A stretch of DNA of 64,000 nucleotides from NCBI GenBank assembly GCA_008632985.1, contig QPGO01000021.1, forward strand, positions 434,001 through 498,000, given 5' to 3'. This DNA is from Psammoneis japonica. Lineage: Eukaryota. Made by a program: the position numbers and the translations under genes. Each line of letters starts with the position of its first letter. Position 1 is the first letter of the stretch. Positions 23,599-36,588 of this stretch are shown here, in pieces. The notes below the pieces were generated by a model. That model searched no databases, was not told the origin of the DNA, and worked only from the letters and a program-made list of their open reading frames with translations.

Positions 23599-24208
23599 AT
23601 TGTTGCCCATATGTGACTTATTTAGCATATAGTTGTCGATTTCGATTTGTTTTACTCGCCAGTCACTGTCCTGTTTTTCACAAGCTAATAGCCACACTTT
23701 TCCTTGCATCCGGAAGGCATCGTGGCAGAAGAGAACATTTCTTACGCCAAAAAAGATCGTCGACGACCCAGAGTTCAAAGAAATGATTGAAGAGAGGCCC
23801 AGGTTTGCCAAAGCTGACGAAGATGTCGTCTCGTATCCATGGCTTTCAGAAAGTACCTCATGGTTCCCGAGATGAGTCCACCTTTCTCGAAGGCCATGAG
23901 CAAATTCAGTGACAGACACTAATTCTGGCATCTCTTCGACGGTTTTGTCCAATTGAAACTACAGATACAATTATTGTGACTTGTGAGGCGTCTAATTTAA
24001 TTGTTGAATTGTTCTCACACCACAAGCAAATCGCTTTCAGCGTCCATGAGGTAAGGCTTTCCAGCCAAAGTCAAACGTTGCGTTCATCGGTTCACGGAAG
24101 AAACATAAGCATGTGCTTCTGTATGTTGCCGATAGCAGCGAACGAAGAAACAAGCGCCAACAAAATTCATGTCCGTTCATCAATTTAGCCTGAATTCTTG
24201 TTTACAGG

Positions 24209-25541
24209 TTACAACAAGAAGAGCACCAACGACAGAGCCATGATTGCCATCCCACCAATAAACGAGTAGGTAACAACCGTGTCTTCGGGATCATAGCGGT
24301 GTGCAGTAGGAAGAAGCTCCCTGGTACTAATGATTACCATCATACCGGCGACCAGTCCAAACAAGATAGCGTAAAGTTCGTTTGAAAAGGAATTGGCAAG
24401 AACCGCCCATCCCAAAGGGCGGCAATTGGTTCAGACAAGCCCGACACACATGCCCACCCGAATGCCTTCCAACGATTACCAGTGGCATAATATATGGGCA
24501 AGGATACACATAGACCTTCTGGAATGTTATGAATTCCAATGGCAATCGCAAGGACCGCACCGACTTTTGGATCGTCAAGGGCGGCAACAAAGGTGGCGAG
24601 GCCTTCAGGGAAGTTGTGCAAACCAATGGCAACCGCGGTGTTGATTCCCATTCTGACGAGCTTACGATTCTGTTCCTTTGCCTCTAGTTCTTCGGAAGTT
24701 AGGGCCTTTTTCTTTTCTCCGAAACTCTCATCCTCGCTGCCTGATTCAACAGGCTTGACCCCTTCAGCTAGATGAGTGCTTTCGCCTTGTTCGACACTCG
24801 TATGGCTAACCATATCGTTGTTTTCCTCCGGTACTACATTCTCTACATCCTCCTCTAGCTTATGCTCGTAGGGCACCTCTTTGCTTTCTCCCTCTTGCAC
24901 CCCTGCCATTTTCTTCCAGTCTTCTAGTTCACCCACGGGATCGTCAGCACAACAAACGCAATGAGGAGCTAGAATATCGTGGGTGCCACCTTCATGGTCG
25001 TGATCGTCCATGCAAATGCCCTGATCAGCCGGGTGGTCATGTGAGTGTACGTGACGACCCTTGCTAAGGCACTTGACAACGAAATCAATAATCTAGCACA
25101 GCAACAAAAATGTGAGCGGAAATGATTGCGTAGAAACTTACACAGCTCCAGTACTGTGACATCATGTCCATGTCGCCTCAACGCCCCGCCAAAACATCAT
25201 GCTTTTTCAGGCCATGGCATGGGTTCTTTCAACAGATCATCAACACTTACCAGCATGAAAACCACACCACCAAAGAAGCATACTGTTGCATATATTTGCG
25301 CCATTTTCTCAGAGAAATCAGCATCCAGAAAGCTGTCTACTGACTTCTGAAAGATCTCAACAAACGAGACATAGGTCATGACACCTGCAGAGATACCCAA
25401 CGCCCCAGCCAATACCCGCCTCGATGCCAGCTTAACAAGGGACGGAAAAAAGACCACAGAGGCACCCAAGGCAGTCGCAGCCCCTGCTCCGATCACTAGG
25501 GCAAAGGCTACCCCAACGTTTGGGTCATCGGTGGTGCCCAT
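24209..25541 (-). CDS. ZIP-family (ZupT-like) zinc/iron transporter; exons 25541-25251 and 25092-24209, with an apparent 1-nt deletion near 24415
   Basis: [17 protein letters not shown], His-rich loop, [45 protein letters not shown]. Confidence 0.92.
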
Positions 25542-26019
25542 CTTGAACCTTGAATCTTTGTGCAGATTGCAGGTTGCAAAAAGCCGGAACAAGGCACGCA
25601 CCAGAGGACAAAGGTGGGGCGTGTCAAATCCAATGAATCGGGGGAAGTGAACGGGGGGGCAAAAAGGAGTCCTCTGTAGAACTCAACGATAGGTGTCATA
25701 CTAAAGATCAACTGTAAGGTGAGGGGGGATTCTCAAGTGATTTCGTCTACAGTACATGCGAAGCCGAGTTCAACGAAGTTGCTTCCACGTGGAGGTGATA
25801 TCACGAGGTTCTGACCTGACCGCTGACCGCCACCCCGCCCTCTAGCCCTTGCCCTTCATAGTCTGCCTGAATGAGTAGCAAACCCAGTCCATTATTTTTC
25901 TCCTACTCACTCTCTAGATAGCTAGTTGGTAGCAGAAAGTAGAATACTAAAACTCTCAACAAATGAAAAGGTGGTAGTTATTGTATTTACGTTGTAGCTT
26001 CTCATACTGCACCTTTTAT

Positions 26020-29000
26020 CTATGTTTCGTGAGTTAACAAGAAAAGCTGCCATTGAGGCGTCTTCTCAGCCAAGGGAATCATAGAGCTCGTCCCCATTGC
26101 TTGAACACCCCAACCACTCGGTGCAAAAACACGGATTTGGTTTGGTTGAGAGACCACAAACGGCCAATCGATCTTCCCGCCCTTTTCGCCAGATGGAACA
26201 ATCTTTCCGTCTGCAATCTCTCCATCTTGGGGAGACAAGCGAACTCTGGCCATGACTGATGCAGCAACTTTTCCGTCCCCAGCAAGATTTAACGGGGGGA
26301 TCGAATGGTCTTTGATGAGTCTCTGAATCGTCTCCCCATCATCTCCAGCAATCATTACAGTCGGAGGCGCGTCAACGTCCTCAGTAGATTCTCCGCTGCC
26401 CGACATCAAGAACAGCTCTTCGGCAACGCTGTTGACTATGACAACGACTTGGGCATGTCCCATGTTGATGGCTTTTGATTCAAATGGGCATTTCCCTCGC
26501 ATTGCCAGTTGTATCGTACTCTCGTCTTGGTCTAGTACAGAGCCCACTTCATCGCAACAAAGCGGATCCGAAGTTGGAGGAGCGCGAATTTCTCCTTCCA
26601 TGTCCAAGCCACCGCTTTCCATCAAATGACTTATTTGCGTTTGCCCGAATAACGCAGGAGCACATGGAAACTGTCCCAGAAGTATCTCATTATCAACGGC
26701 AACATTCCGGTCACCGGTATCTAGCTGTAGAATGACCTTCTTGACAACGGAAATGCTACATATGAAAGTGCCACTCTTTGCGTCCGTAAATGCAACTTGT
26801 CGGTCATACATTTGCCTTTTCTCGCCAGTACCTGGTGATTCGCTGCTCCCGAGAAACATAGATTTCCAATTTGATCGTGCCGACGAAGCAGGCTCTGCCT
26901 CTAGCCCGGCTTCTGCATTCTCGGGCTCTTTATCTTGAACAACAGGAGACTTTAGATACACCATGGCGAATTGCGAGTCTATTTCCGGATTGAAGGTTAC
27001 CGAAATTGATTCATCTTTGTCAAGCAGCCTAGCGTAGAAGCCCCTGCCATCTTCAAAGAGAGCAATGTCGAAGTCTCCTAGACCCGCAACCGTGACTCGC
27101 TCTGTACCCAAAGCAGGCTTTGGAGAAGATGATGACTTCTGTTCCTTCATAGAAAGAGAACAGGTTTGATCACGCCCTTCCCACGGCGTCCCACTGTAGA
27201 GGCCGGTTCCGTAATGTGCTGCAGCATCTAGTGCTGACACGATCGAAGCGCCAGCATGAGATGACACGTCGTTCGAAGCTGAGGAGATATATGTGTCCGA
27301 GTAATCGAGAGCTCCTCCATTCAGAGCGCGAACCCACAAGAGAGCAGAGTTGTGAAAGTTGGGACACGACTTCATTAGCGAAGCGCCATTACCCAGACCT
27401 TGGTATTCGAAACCGACGTGTGCAAGATTGTCTCCGCCTTCAGTCGAATTAGGTTCTTTCATTGATGGATGAAGTGGCCCTAGAAATGGAAGTTCGAACG
27501 ACTCTGGATTCGGGGTGCCGGAAGGATCAGACGTCTGCTGTGCGAATACTTTTCTCTGGAAAGTGTCCTCTTCAGAGTGTGTCAAATGATTGCTGTACTT
27601 CAATGATGGGGTTTCCTGAGTCCATTTCTCTGGCCCAGCTTCCTTTCTAGCAGCTGCTGCAGCAGCCCAGGCCCGCCATTCGCTTCTAACTGTTCCTTTC
27701 CGCTTTTGTAGCCGATGTATAAGCCGATACTCCAACCTCGATTTCACAGCTTCGAGCTCGTCGAGCACTTCAACATCTTTCTTGGATTGCGTTTTCACAC
27801 TTTTTGCAGGCGTTGAGGCTGCCACGTGATGTATCGGATGAGCTTCCGTTGTGAAAACCCACTCACGTTCAGTGTCCGTGTGGAGAATGTTGTTATCGTC
27901 AAACATAAGAAAGAGGTACTTGAGGGTCTCGCTGAGGAAGAAACTTGGCATTTCGTTTGAAAGTGGAGGCCTCGTATCGCCATCCCCGCCATCCTCCTTT
28001 GGAAAGGAGCCAGTAGTGGACGGTGACACCCCCTTGATTGTGCGTATCCGCATTTAGCGTACGCCACTTCGTGAATCGCATGGAGCGAGAAGTCGGCAGC
28101 CCACAACCAGCCTGTTGAAGAGGCGTTGCTGCAGTTCTGTCGCATGTTGCCAAGGCCACTAGTTGCTTTGTGCAGAAAATAGCAGCTTTCCAATAGCTCG
28201 GGACGAAGCGGGTGGTGTCCAGCGCCTATACCGTCCACTTGCCACTGTGCGTAGTTAAAGCGTTCTGGTAAGAATCCAAGATACTCCCGTACTATAAAGA
28301 AGCTGTTGAGGCTTCTTGCGGCTGGGCTCAATTCACCCAAGAGCACCTGCATGCCGGGATAGAACGCCATGAGGCTCTCAAGAATTCGTCTACTGCCGCC
28401 CGACTGGATTCCAAAGTTCATGTCTACATCGGCGTACCACTCTCCTAATCTTGTACCATTATAAACTCCGTTGTAGACAGATACCAGCATTGTCCAAAAA
28501 TCTTCGTCTTCCGGGAACAAAAGGTAGTGCTTGATCAGATATTCGTAGAAAGAATCAGAATTTGATCCAATCCCGCTTAGAGTTTCAGTCCAGTCTCCGC
28601 GATTCACATCAATGTGCTTGCCCAACAAATTTAAGTCTGGCGAACGGCGTAGCCATAACGCTCTTGAAGCCAGCTTGCAGCCTTGCCAAAGCTTTCGTCG
28701 CCCGTCAGGCGAGATAACAGCTCCATTTCTAACGAGAGCGTTCCACCACCCGCAAGCGACGCCACTGTTGTTTCTCCCGGAGGAATGCCATACAACAGAT
28801 TAACAGTGCCATACGGGATACCCGTTTTAGTATCGAAAGCGGGTAACATTCGTTTTCCTAAATCAAGCGCTAGATCCAACAGAATACCGTCATATTTCCA
28901 ATATTTCTTCGTTTGACGAGTCCAACGCGTCGAGTTGTTTATACATTGCTCGAGACCTGCCCTGTACTGGAACGGTTGGTTTCGTCGTTGCAAAGAAAAC

Positions 29001-30600
29001 GAAGCTCCGTCAACAGCAGTATTCTCGCAAATTGGTTCTACAGGGCAAGTCAGAGAGTCGTCAATTGTGCCATCGACTCCCTGATGTTCGCCAGTGTTGG
29101 TTTCCGGCCAGGGTTCACCAATCCAGATTTGACCATGATCATTCCATACATCCCTTTCCAACACCTGGTTGTCCATGTAGGCGACAGCCAACTGATGCGC
29201 CGAAAGCAAACCACCCAAGACGCGAATGTTTGTTTCAAAGACACTGACGTTTTGATTCACCGCAAACAAACCACCAGTTTCTAGAATGGCTTGATGCAAG
29301 TCTCGAATACGTTCGACTCCACGGGCAAACTCTGTAAAGTTCTGCATCACAATTAGCGTGTCCAAGGAGTCAATAAGCGTAAGGGCGGGTAGTCGAACCA
29401 AGTGGAAGGTACCGGGTTTGCAAGAAAGTGGTTTGACTTCAGAGCAGGAAATGCGTGATACATATAAGAATCGTACGAATGTTGAAACATGTTCCGTATC
29501 AGTTTCCGATTCTCCTCGATGCGGGACGGAGGAAATGGTGGGAAACTAATGTGCAAGGACGTTGTCGGATCTGCAGCCTGCGAAGAATCAGGGAGAGACA
29601 AGTAGTTGTTCACGACTTGCTCCAAATCACGAGAGTGGGAAGCTGAAGCTACTGCATTGACGCTGGACTCCTTGGTCTTCTTTTCGTCTTTCTGGTGATC
29701 AATTATCGATTCAGATGTGGCACTTGTCTTAACCGAACGGGACTCCTCGTCGGCCGCCTCTGTTCCTTTAGCAGCTTGTTGCTCCTTCCGCGGTTCCGGA
29801 AAACATGCGTGCATGACATAATCACAGGCCAAGGGTTCCTCAACTCGAAGGATACGCTTCGTCGCCATGTGCGACGGGCACGTTTCAATTACAACAACAG
29901 CCCGTCGCTTCTTGGGCTCTCCTGCAGATTTGGTGGTAAAGGCACAGTTATCGCCGTTCTTGAAGAACTCCATTCCGGTTTCTCGCAAAGTATCGTGAGC
30001 CACGAGTTTAAGAGATTTCTTCCAAAAGGAAAGGTAGCTATTTGTCTTGTCATCTGGCATTAATGACCCCATGCTGTGTTCCGTTTCGCGATGCCAGGTT
30101 TTGTCATCCTCGGAGCGCGTCATACGAACTTGCACCATACTTTCACCCGGACACCACCGGTAGGTCCAATACGATGTGCTTCCCTCATTGTACCATAGAC
30201 ATCCATTCTCAGCTTCAAAAATCATGTCATCATCGCCGTCGCTGTTTCCGTTAGCAGCAGGATCGACGTTATGAGCATCGGTATTATGTCCTTCTGCCCA
30301 TGGGTATTCTAGTTTTTCTTTCTCAGACATATATCTAGCATAGTGCGACTGCACTGCATGTTCAAACAAATCTCTTCTACGACCTCGCTGGTGCCCTCCT
30401 GACGATACAGATTGCTGCTTCTTTCGTCGAAGTTGGTCTAGTGCGGCAACCTTCTCTTTTGATTTCTGGTGTTTTATCTTCTCCCACAACTGTTCAAGAA
30501 AGCCTGTGGCATGTTCGATATTTTTGACCCCTTGAGATGAGACTTGAACGACTGAATTCGCTATTAAGATGCAAAGGACCAGTATTATTCTCATTTTCAT
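26020..30600 (-). CDS. EDEM-like GH47 alpha-1,2-mannosidase with N-terminal signal peptide and MRH (OS-9/PRKCSH-type) domain and C-terminal PA domain; three apparent 1-nt deletions (~29444, ~28676, ~28043)
   Basis: MFQHSYDSYMYHAFP, LTLIDSLDTL, VSVFETNIRVLGGLLSAH, PAFDTKTGIPYGTVNL, DSFYEYLIK, PLRPELLES, MPSFFLSETLKYL, FTTEAHP; PA motif RGKCPFESKA; four ORF pieces join with single-base insertions. Confidence 0.9.
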
Positions 30601-30990
30601 CTTGAGACTTCGACTGTGACTTCTGCTTGAAGAAGATGAAGTGAACGAAAAACTCGTTCTCCGGTGTGGTTGACTAAAGCATGCATGACCCCGCCTTCTA
30701 GGTTGCCCAGACCCGCCAGGACGACTGTCAGTACCAGTGCCTTGTCCCGCAGTGCAATGTAATGAACTAGAAAACCGCGTCATTCGTAGGTATTCTGCCC
30801 GCCGCTGCTGCAATGTCATCGTGCATCTCCTCGTTTGCCGGCCGCTGTCGCGTCATTCATCGTTATGGTCACCGTCAGTCCGTCAGTCCAAGGAACGCAC
30901 ACTCTGAAGGTGGTCTGTTCAACACACGGGCAGCACGCACGCTTTACTCAGACAAAAGAGCATGCAAACCCAAACTCACTTGTACCGGCA

Positions 30991-32180
30991 CTATCTAACA
31001 TCCCTACGGTACCAACACTCTCTACTAGGGCCTAGAATAGACCCCACAGCACCCAAAGTACTCTAGAGACCGCACTCCACCCTATAGAGATTAGGGGAGT
31101 AGCGGCTGCTGGTACAGCAGCTTCTCTCTCTGTCATAGTCCGATCGTTCGAGAGCGAGAGGTGGTAATTTTCATCCTGAAAGGCGCTGGGATTTTCTAGG
31201 TACTCAAGAGAAACTAAGTAACTTTTTCTAAGAAAGCTCCGCTTGATAGTTTCACTTCTTGATGCAAAATGCACCACAGCTGTCTTGCACACCAGGGGGG
31301 CAAGGGTAATGCACGCAGCGTTCCCCTTGTGGACAAAACGTCCCAAGAAATCCATCACAACTGTTCTTTGTGGGCTTCAGACAAACTCCTTGAGGACACG
31401 TGGAAATGTCACCGCAGTATTTCTTGCGGTAGCAAACCTCACCTTGGTTACATTGGTTCGAGTCGCTGCAAAGTCTGTGGCACCTACTTTGTCGGTATCC
31501 AGCAGAAAGTGCTACACAGAGATTGCTGAATTCACACTTGGCACCGCATCTAACAGGATCATATTGCAAGGTGCAAGCTGCGTGGCCGGGTACTTCGCAG
31601 CGGCGTTGACAGGCATTATTCTTGAATGTGCACTTGTCGATACTCCTGCAGTTCCTCCTTGACGAGATCTCTGATTCCGAACAATCATAATCCCTTTCAT
31701 TCACACAGAGCTTATCCTCACGTAGCCAACGACATCCATCCTGCTCAAATAGTAGGCAGGAGCGTCTCTTTGACAGATCCGAACACGAATTGGGCTGACA
31801 CGGCTTTCCAAAAGGTGGGTATCGAAATTCGTTGGGACCACGAGCAAGTTCTGTACCACATGTGTAGACATAGTCCCTCGTGCTCGCGTCTAACTTCGTG
31901 ACCACCCATTCCCCTGTCACAGAACAACATTTCGCTCCACCTCGAGGCATGGCTTCGGGTTCACAGCACTTTTGTTCGTCGACACGACGCCTTTGATCGA
32001 ACGCTTCCACATTTTGTGATGCATGAGCTAGTGGAAGACAGAGTAGGAGGATCCATTTCATTGGGGAAACACACGAAGCTTCAATAACAAGTTATACTCT
32101 ACTCTATTTTGTAATATTCTCATTGGTGGGAATGCAAGTCGTCAATCTAATCTTACGAAAATACCCGTTGTCAGTTGAAT
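30991..32180. repeat. Segmental duplication, copy 1 (~1.2 kb)
   Basis: Colinear with 35417-36588, including gene, promoter side and 3' flank. Confidence 0.92.
31252..32061 (-). CDS. Secreted Cys-rich protein with a Kazal-like module (paralogue 1)
   Basis: Signal peptide MKWILLLCLPLAHA; C..ACTLQYDPVRCG.KCEFSNLCVA..AGY; ORF conserved in the second copy. Confidence 0.85.
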   Translation of the reverse strand: MKWILLLCLPLAHASQNVEAFDQRRRVDEQKCCEPEAMPRGGAKCCSVTGEWVVTKLDASTRDYVYTCGTELARGPNEFRYPPFGKPCQPNSCSDLSKRRSCLLFEQDGCRWLREDKLCVNERDYDCSESEISSRRNCRSIDKCTFKNNACQRRCEVPGHAACTLQYDPVRCGAKCEFSNLCVALSAGYRQSRCHRLCSDSNQCNQGEVCYRKKYCGDISTCPQGVCLKPTKNSCDGFLGTFCPQGERCVHYPCPPGVQDSCGAFCIKK

Positions 32181-35100
32181 GCACGTCGCGTTGTTTTCGA
32201 AACAAATGTTTTTTTGTCGTGCACCTTGATGGTGCTTGATGGTGCACCGAATCGTGAATCGTGAATCCAACTGTAGGACTGTAGGTAAGGTTACACGCAA
32301 ATCGTCGTGGACGAAGTTCTGTGTGCATTGTGGCCGTTGATCTGCAGCACGTCGACTCCAGAGACTGCACAAAATGAACGAACATTGGTGTGACCGGAGG
32401 GTTGATCATCGTTGACACATGGCATGTGGTGCTTCCACTTAATGACAAGAGGTGATCAGTGCACTGCATCTTGTTGCCGACAAAAAATCTGCAATGATGT
32501 TCATGAAGGACAACAAAGATGCATGCCATGAGAATGTGTCTGAGCTGTTTCAAAAGGAGCCGGCTCTTTTTCTTGCCTGAGTCATTGATTCTCTTCAAGT
32601 GTGCACTGCAACACCATTTTTAGCTGCAACACATCAACAAGAACAAATTCCGTCTGTGGCCAGACTTCGTCACCCTCTTTGTTTGTTCCAGCGCCAAAGC
32701 GATCATTTGCAACAACTGCGGGCTGCCGATGCAGTTGCTTTTGGAAGCTGGTCCTGACCCACAACTGTTTCTCACCATCGTCAACAATTTTCAATGTGTG
32801 CTGGAAAGAATGGAAACAAAACAGTTGAGAAGGCAAGTTGCAGCACTGAAATCCAAGAGGGAGCAAAAGGCTGCTGCTTGCCTGACGCCCACTCCTGTCA
32901 ATCCAAATGCACCAGTCATGACTCCTGAAGAAACAAGACAGCAAATGGTGTGGGGTCAAGACATGGAGCTTTGCACTGGTGGGCTTGTTTCCAAATTGAT
33001 GCAGGACTTTGACAACACAGCACGAGATGCACTGACTTCTTCTGTGTGGCCAATGGGCATCACTTTCCACTGACGGCACACTGGATGTTGAGATGCTGAT
33101 CACTCTGTTGAAAAAAAGAAGGATCATGCACATGGCACATGGGCAGCATCAGTTTCTTTGACAAGAGCACCAAGATCATGCATCAAAAACAAAGACCGGG
33201 TTGTGGTGCTTCACATCTTCTTGCTTCTGTGTGAGCGCAATCAATGCTTCCCCTCAGGAATGTTGCACTCATCTTTGAATTTGCCGGCATGGTGCATGGT
33301 GCTTCCACCTCATCACAAGAGGTGGTCAGTGCACTGCATCTTGTTGCCGATCAAAAATCTGCAACAACGTTCATGAAGAACAACAAAATGCATGCCGGAG
33401 AACATGTCTGAGCTGTTTCAAAATGAGCTGGCTCTTTCTCTTGCCTGAGATGATCGCCAACGTGGACAGCAATTGTCCGAGAAATGCAACATGCAAAGCA
33501 ACCAGTTCACAATTGCAATGAATGGTGTTGCTGTCTGAGAATGCATTCAGACATGGCAAAAAGGTGTTGTTCTGAAAAACAAGGATGGAGCCAAGTTTGA
33601 AGCATTAGAGTTGGTTGACAAGGATCCCTCTCAGTGCTGGGCAAAATGTTGTGCACGCCAAATGGATTCTTGAGCAAGCAACATCTTGACAATCTCACCA
33701 AGTTTTGAGTGCAAAGCAAGCAAGTGTCCCAAGCTGGCTAAAAGGCCATCCATCACCCACCCGACACAAGTGATTCTGCCGCCTTTGAGATGTGCATGGA
33801 TGGCATCTCAGTGCAAGTGAGTGATGCACATTGCTTGCAAAGTCCTTCACCAGATGCATTCCAGCCCTGTTTTTGTGACATTTGCTCACAGAATTCCATG
33901 TGCGTGCTCTGATGTGTGCAGCTTTAGAGTTGATGGATGCATTTGTCTTCAGCATCCAAACAAACAAACAATTTTGCAGTGCTGATGCACCTCCCAACAT
34001 GCTCAAAGTTTGAAAAACACACCTGCCCTGCAGAATTCTTAACACATTGGAGAATTGTGCAGAAGAAAAAATGGCAAAAGTTGTTGAATGAATTGCCCAA
34101 CAATGGCACTGCAAAATCAAAAATCAACACAAAATTTTGCCAAAGTCACGTAGACTAGAAATGTGTGTGCATGACATGTGGTGCAATCCAAAAAACTGTC
34201 GATGTCACAGTTCAGTGCTGCGAGGTCCCACCTGGAGCTGGAGCGCATCACCAGTTTGGAAATCACAATGTCCTTGGAGAGCATTTGCTGCAACAAACAC
34301 TTGCCCCACTCCACAGTGAGCTGTTCCGAATGAAGGAGAAGATCCATGAGGAAGGGCTCATGTGGGGAAGGGTTCCATCAAGAATGATGTTTCTCGGCTT
34401 CAATTTATGGAAATCATGCCCTGCAACAAAATGATGGAAAGAGTGTTTTGAGTGTTGGAGGCAATTGGAAGTTTGGAAGCAGATTCGCAAGGTGCAACTC
34501 ACACCACAGACAAGACAGCCAATTGGAGGCAATGTTTGTGCACGGTGATCAACTTGCAATCAAGCATGTCCAGACCATGGTCAACAAGCTGATGAAACTG
34601 GCCATTGAAACCAATGACCCAGGGTCTGATCAAGCTTTTCTAAATGCCATGGAATCTGTCCACCAGCCAATTGGCAACCTCTGCACAAACATTTACATTG
34701 TTGCCGGCATCTGTCTCCATTTCTGTGGCATCCAACCAATCCAGGCAGCGCACTTGGGTGGACCCGCATCCAGTGGAACACTGTTCCAAGACACAAGCTT
34801 TCAGCAAAAATGCTGGTGTTGATCCATGACCAACTGAGCCATTTGCTTGTCCAGAAATGGACAAAAACATTGACACCAGAGAGCAGTGTGAGATTGGTGC
34901 AATGCTCGGAAGTTGAAGACATCAAAGAACTTGCTCGCAACAGCAGCGACTCTACATCGACTGCACTGCACAAGGATCTAGCCAAGCAAAACTCACGGAC
35001 CATTGTGCTGACATTTGTTGTCAGCCTCGAATCATTCGCAAAGAAAAAGGAACAGTCAAAGGACGCTTGCGTTCGGGTTGCCATGCAACTCTACGAGGAA

Positions 35101-35416
35101 GGGAAAGCACACAAAGAGCACAATCGGGCCACTCATAACGGGGATCCCCACCTTTGCGAAATCCTCCGCAAGCAGCTGCTTACGTTCTTTGAAGGTGTCG
35201 GAAAACAGAACTGTGTCGAGTTGTTTGCGTCTGAAATGGAAGTCATGTACGATGAAATGCCCGCAACATCGCTTCAAGAGCAAATGTCTCAACAACAGCT
35301 TCGTCCGGATGACTAAGGACAAGGGATGCACAGCTTTTGACGACATGTGCGAACAAGCTAGTAAGTAACCCTACTCTACTAGAGCCCCCCACCTCGGCCG
35401 ATCCTCTAGAGAGGGC
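32181..35416 (+). mobile_element. Unidentified decayed element between the two duplicated units (core TpA-depleted)
   Basis: Bounded by the duplicated segments; internal direct repeat 32427-32581/33297-33449; fragmented plus-strand coding sequence homologous to 17500-17930. Confidence 0.55.
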
Positions 35417-36588
35417 CTATCTACCATCCCTACCAACACTCTAGAGAGTAGAGAATAGACCACACAGCACCCAAAGTACTCTACTAGAGACCGCACTCCA
35501 CCCTATAGAGATTATAGGGGAGTAGCGGCTACTGGTACAGCAGCTTCTCTCTCTGTCATAGTCCGATCATTCGAGAGCGAGAGAGGCGCTGGGATTTTCT
35601 AGGTAGTCAAGAGAAACTAAGTATCTTTTTCTAAGAAAGCTCCGCCTGGTCGTTTCACTTCTTGATGCAAAATGCACCACAGCTGTCTTGCACTCCAGGG
35701 GGGCAAGGGAAATGCATGCACTTTTCCCCTTGTGGACAAAACGTCCCAAGAAATCCATCACAACTGTTCTTGGTAGGCTTTAGACAAACTCCTTGAGGAC
35801 ATGTGGAAATGTCACTGCAGTATTTCTTGCGGTAGCAAACCTCACCTTGGTTGCATTGGTTCGAGTCGCTGCAAAGTCTGTGGCACCTACTTTGTCGGTA
35901 TCCAGCAGAAAGTGCTACACAGAGATTGCTGAATTCGCACTTGGCACCGCACCTAACAGGATCATATTGCAAGGTACAAATTGCGTCGCCGGGTACTTTG
36001 CAGCGGCGTTGACAGGCATCATTCTTGAATGTGCACTTGTCGATACTCCTGCAGTTCCTCCTTGACGAGATCTCTGGTTCCGAACAAACATAATCCCTTT
36101 CATTCACACAGACCTTATCCTCACGTAGCCAACGACATCCGTCCTGCTCAAATAGTAGGCAGGAGCGTCTGTTTGACAGATCCGAACACGAATTGGGCTG
36201 ACACGGCTTTCCAAAAGGTGGGTATCGAAAATCGCCGGGACCACGAGCAAGTTCTGTACCACATGTGTAGACATAGTCCCTCGTGCTCGCGTCCAACTTA
36301 GTAACCACCCATTCCCCTGTCACAGAGCAACATTTCGCTCCCTCTCGAGGCATGGCTTCGGGTTCACAGCATTTTTGTTCGTTGACACGACGTCGTTGAT
36401 CGAACGCTTCTGCATTTTGTGACGCAAAAGCTAGTAGCGGAAGACTGAGTAGCAGGATCAATTTCATTGGGGAAACACACGAAACTTCAATAACAAGTAA
36501 TACGCTGGACTCTATTTTGCAATTTTCTCATTGGTGGGAATGCAAGTCGTCGATCTAATCTTACGAAAATACCCGTTGTCAGTTGAAT
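35417..36588. repeat. Segmental duplication, copy 2
   Basis: Colinear with 30991-32180; both end ..CCCGTTGTCAGTTGAAT. Confidence 0.92.
35655..36467 (-). CDS. Secreted Cys-rich protein with a Kazal-like module (paralogue 2)
   Basis: Near-identical to 31252-32061 with the Cys pattern conserved; signal peptide MKLILLLSLPLLAFA. Confidence 0.85.
   Translation of the reverse strand: MKLILLLSLPLLAFASQNAEAFDQRRRVNEQKCCEPEAMPREGAKCCSVTGEWVVTKLDASTRDYVYTCGTELARGPGDFRYPPFGKPCQPNSCSDLSNRRSCLLFEQDGCRWLREDKVCVNERDYVCSEPEISSRRNCRSIDKCTFKNDACQRRCKVPGDAICTLQYDPVRCGAKCEFSNLCVALSAGYRQSRCHRLCSDSNQCNQGEVCYRKKYCSDISTCPQGVCLKPTKNSCDGFLGTFCPQGEKCMHFPCPPGVQDSCGAFCIKK

Noticed and set aside
23491..23952. 153-aa minus-strand ORF between the bestrophin and ZIP genes
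   Set aside because: Starts at TTG, overlaps the bestrophin last exon antisense, and has no motif or convincing upstream exon; cannot be supported.
35360..35420. Helitron 3' end (hairpin plus CTAG) for the 32181-35416 insert
   Set aside because: CTAG and short palindromes are common in local intergenic tracts; no matching 5' TC/A-T junction or Rep/helicase motif found.
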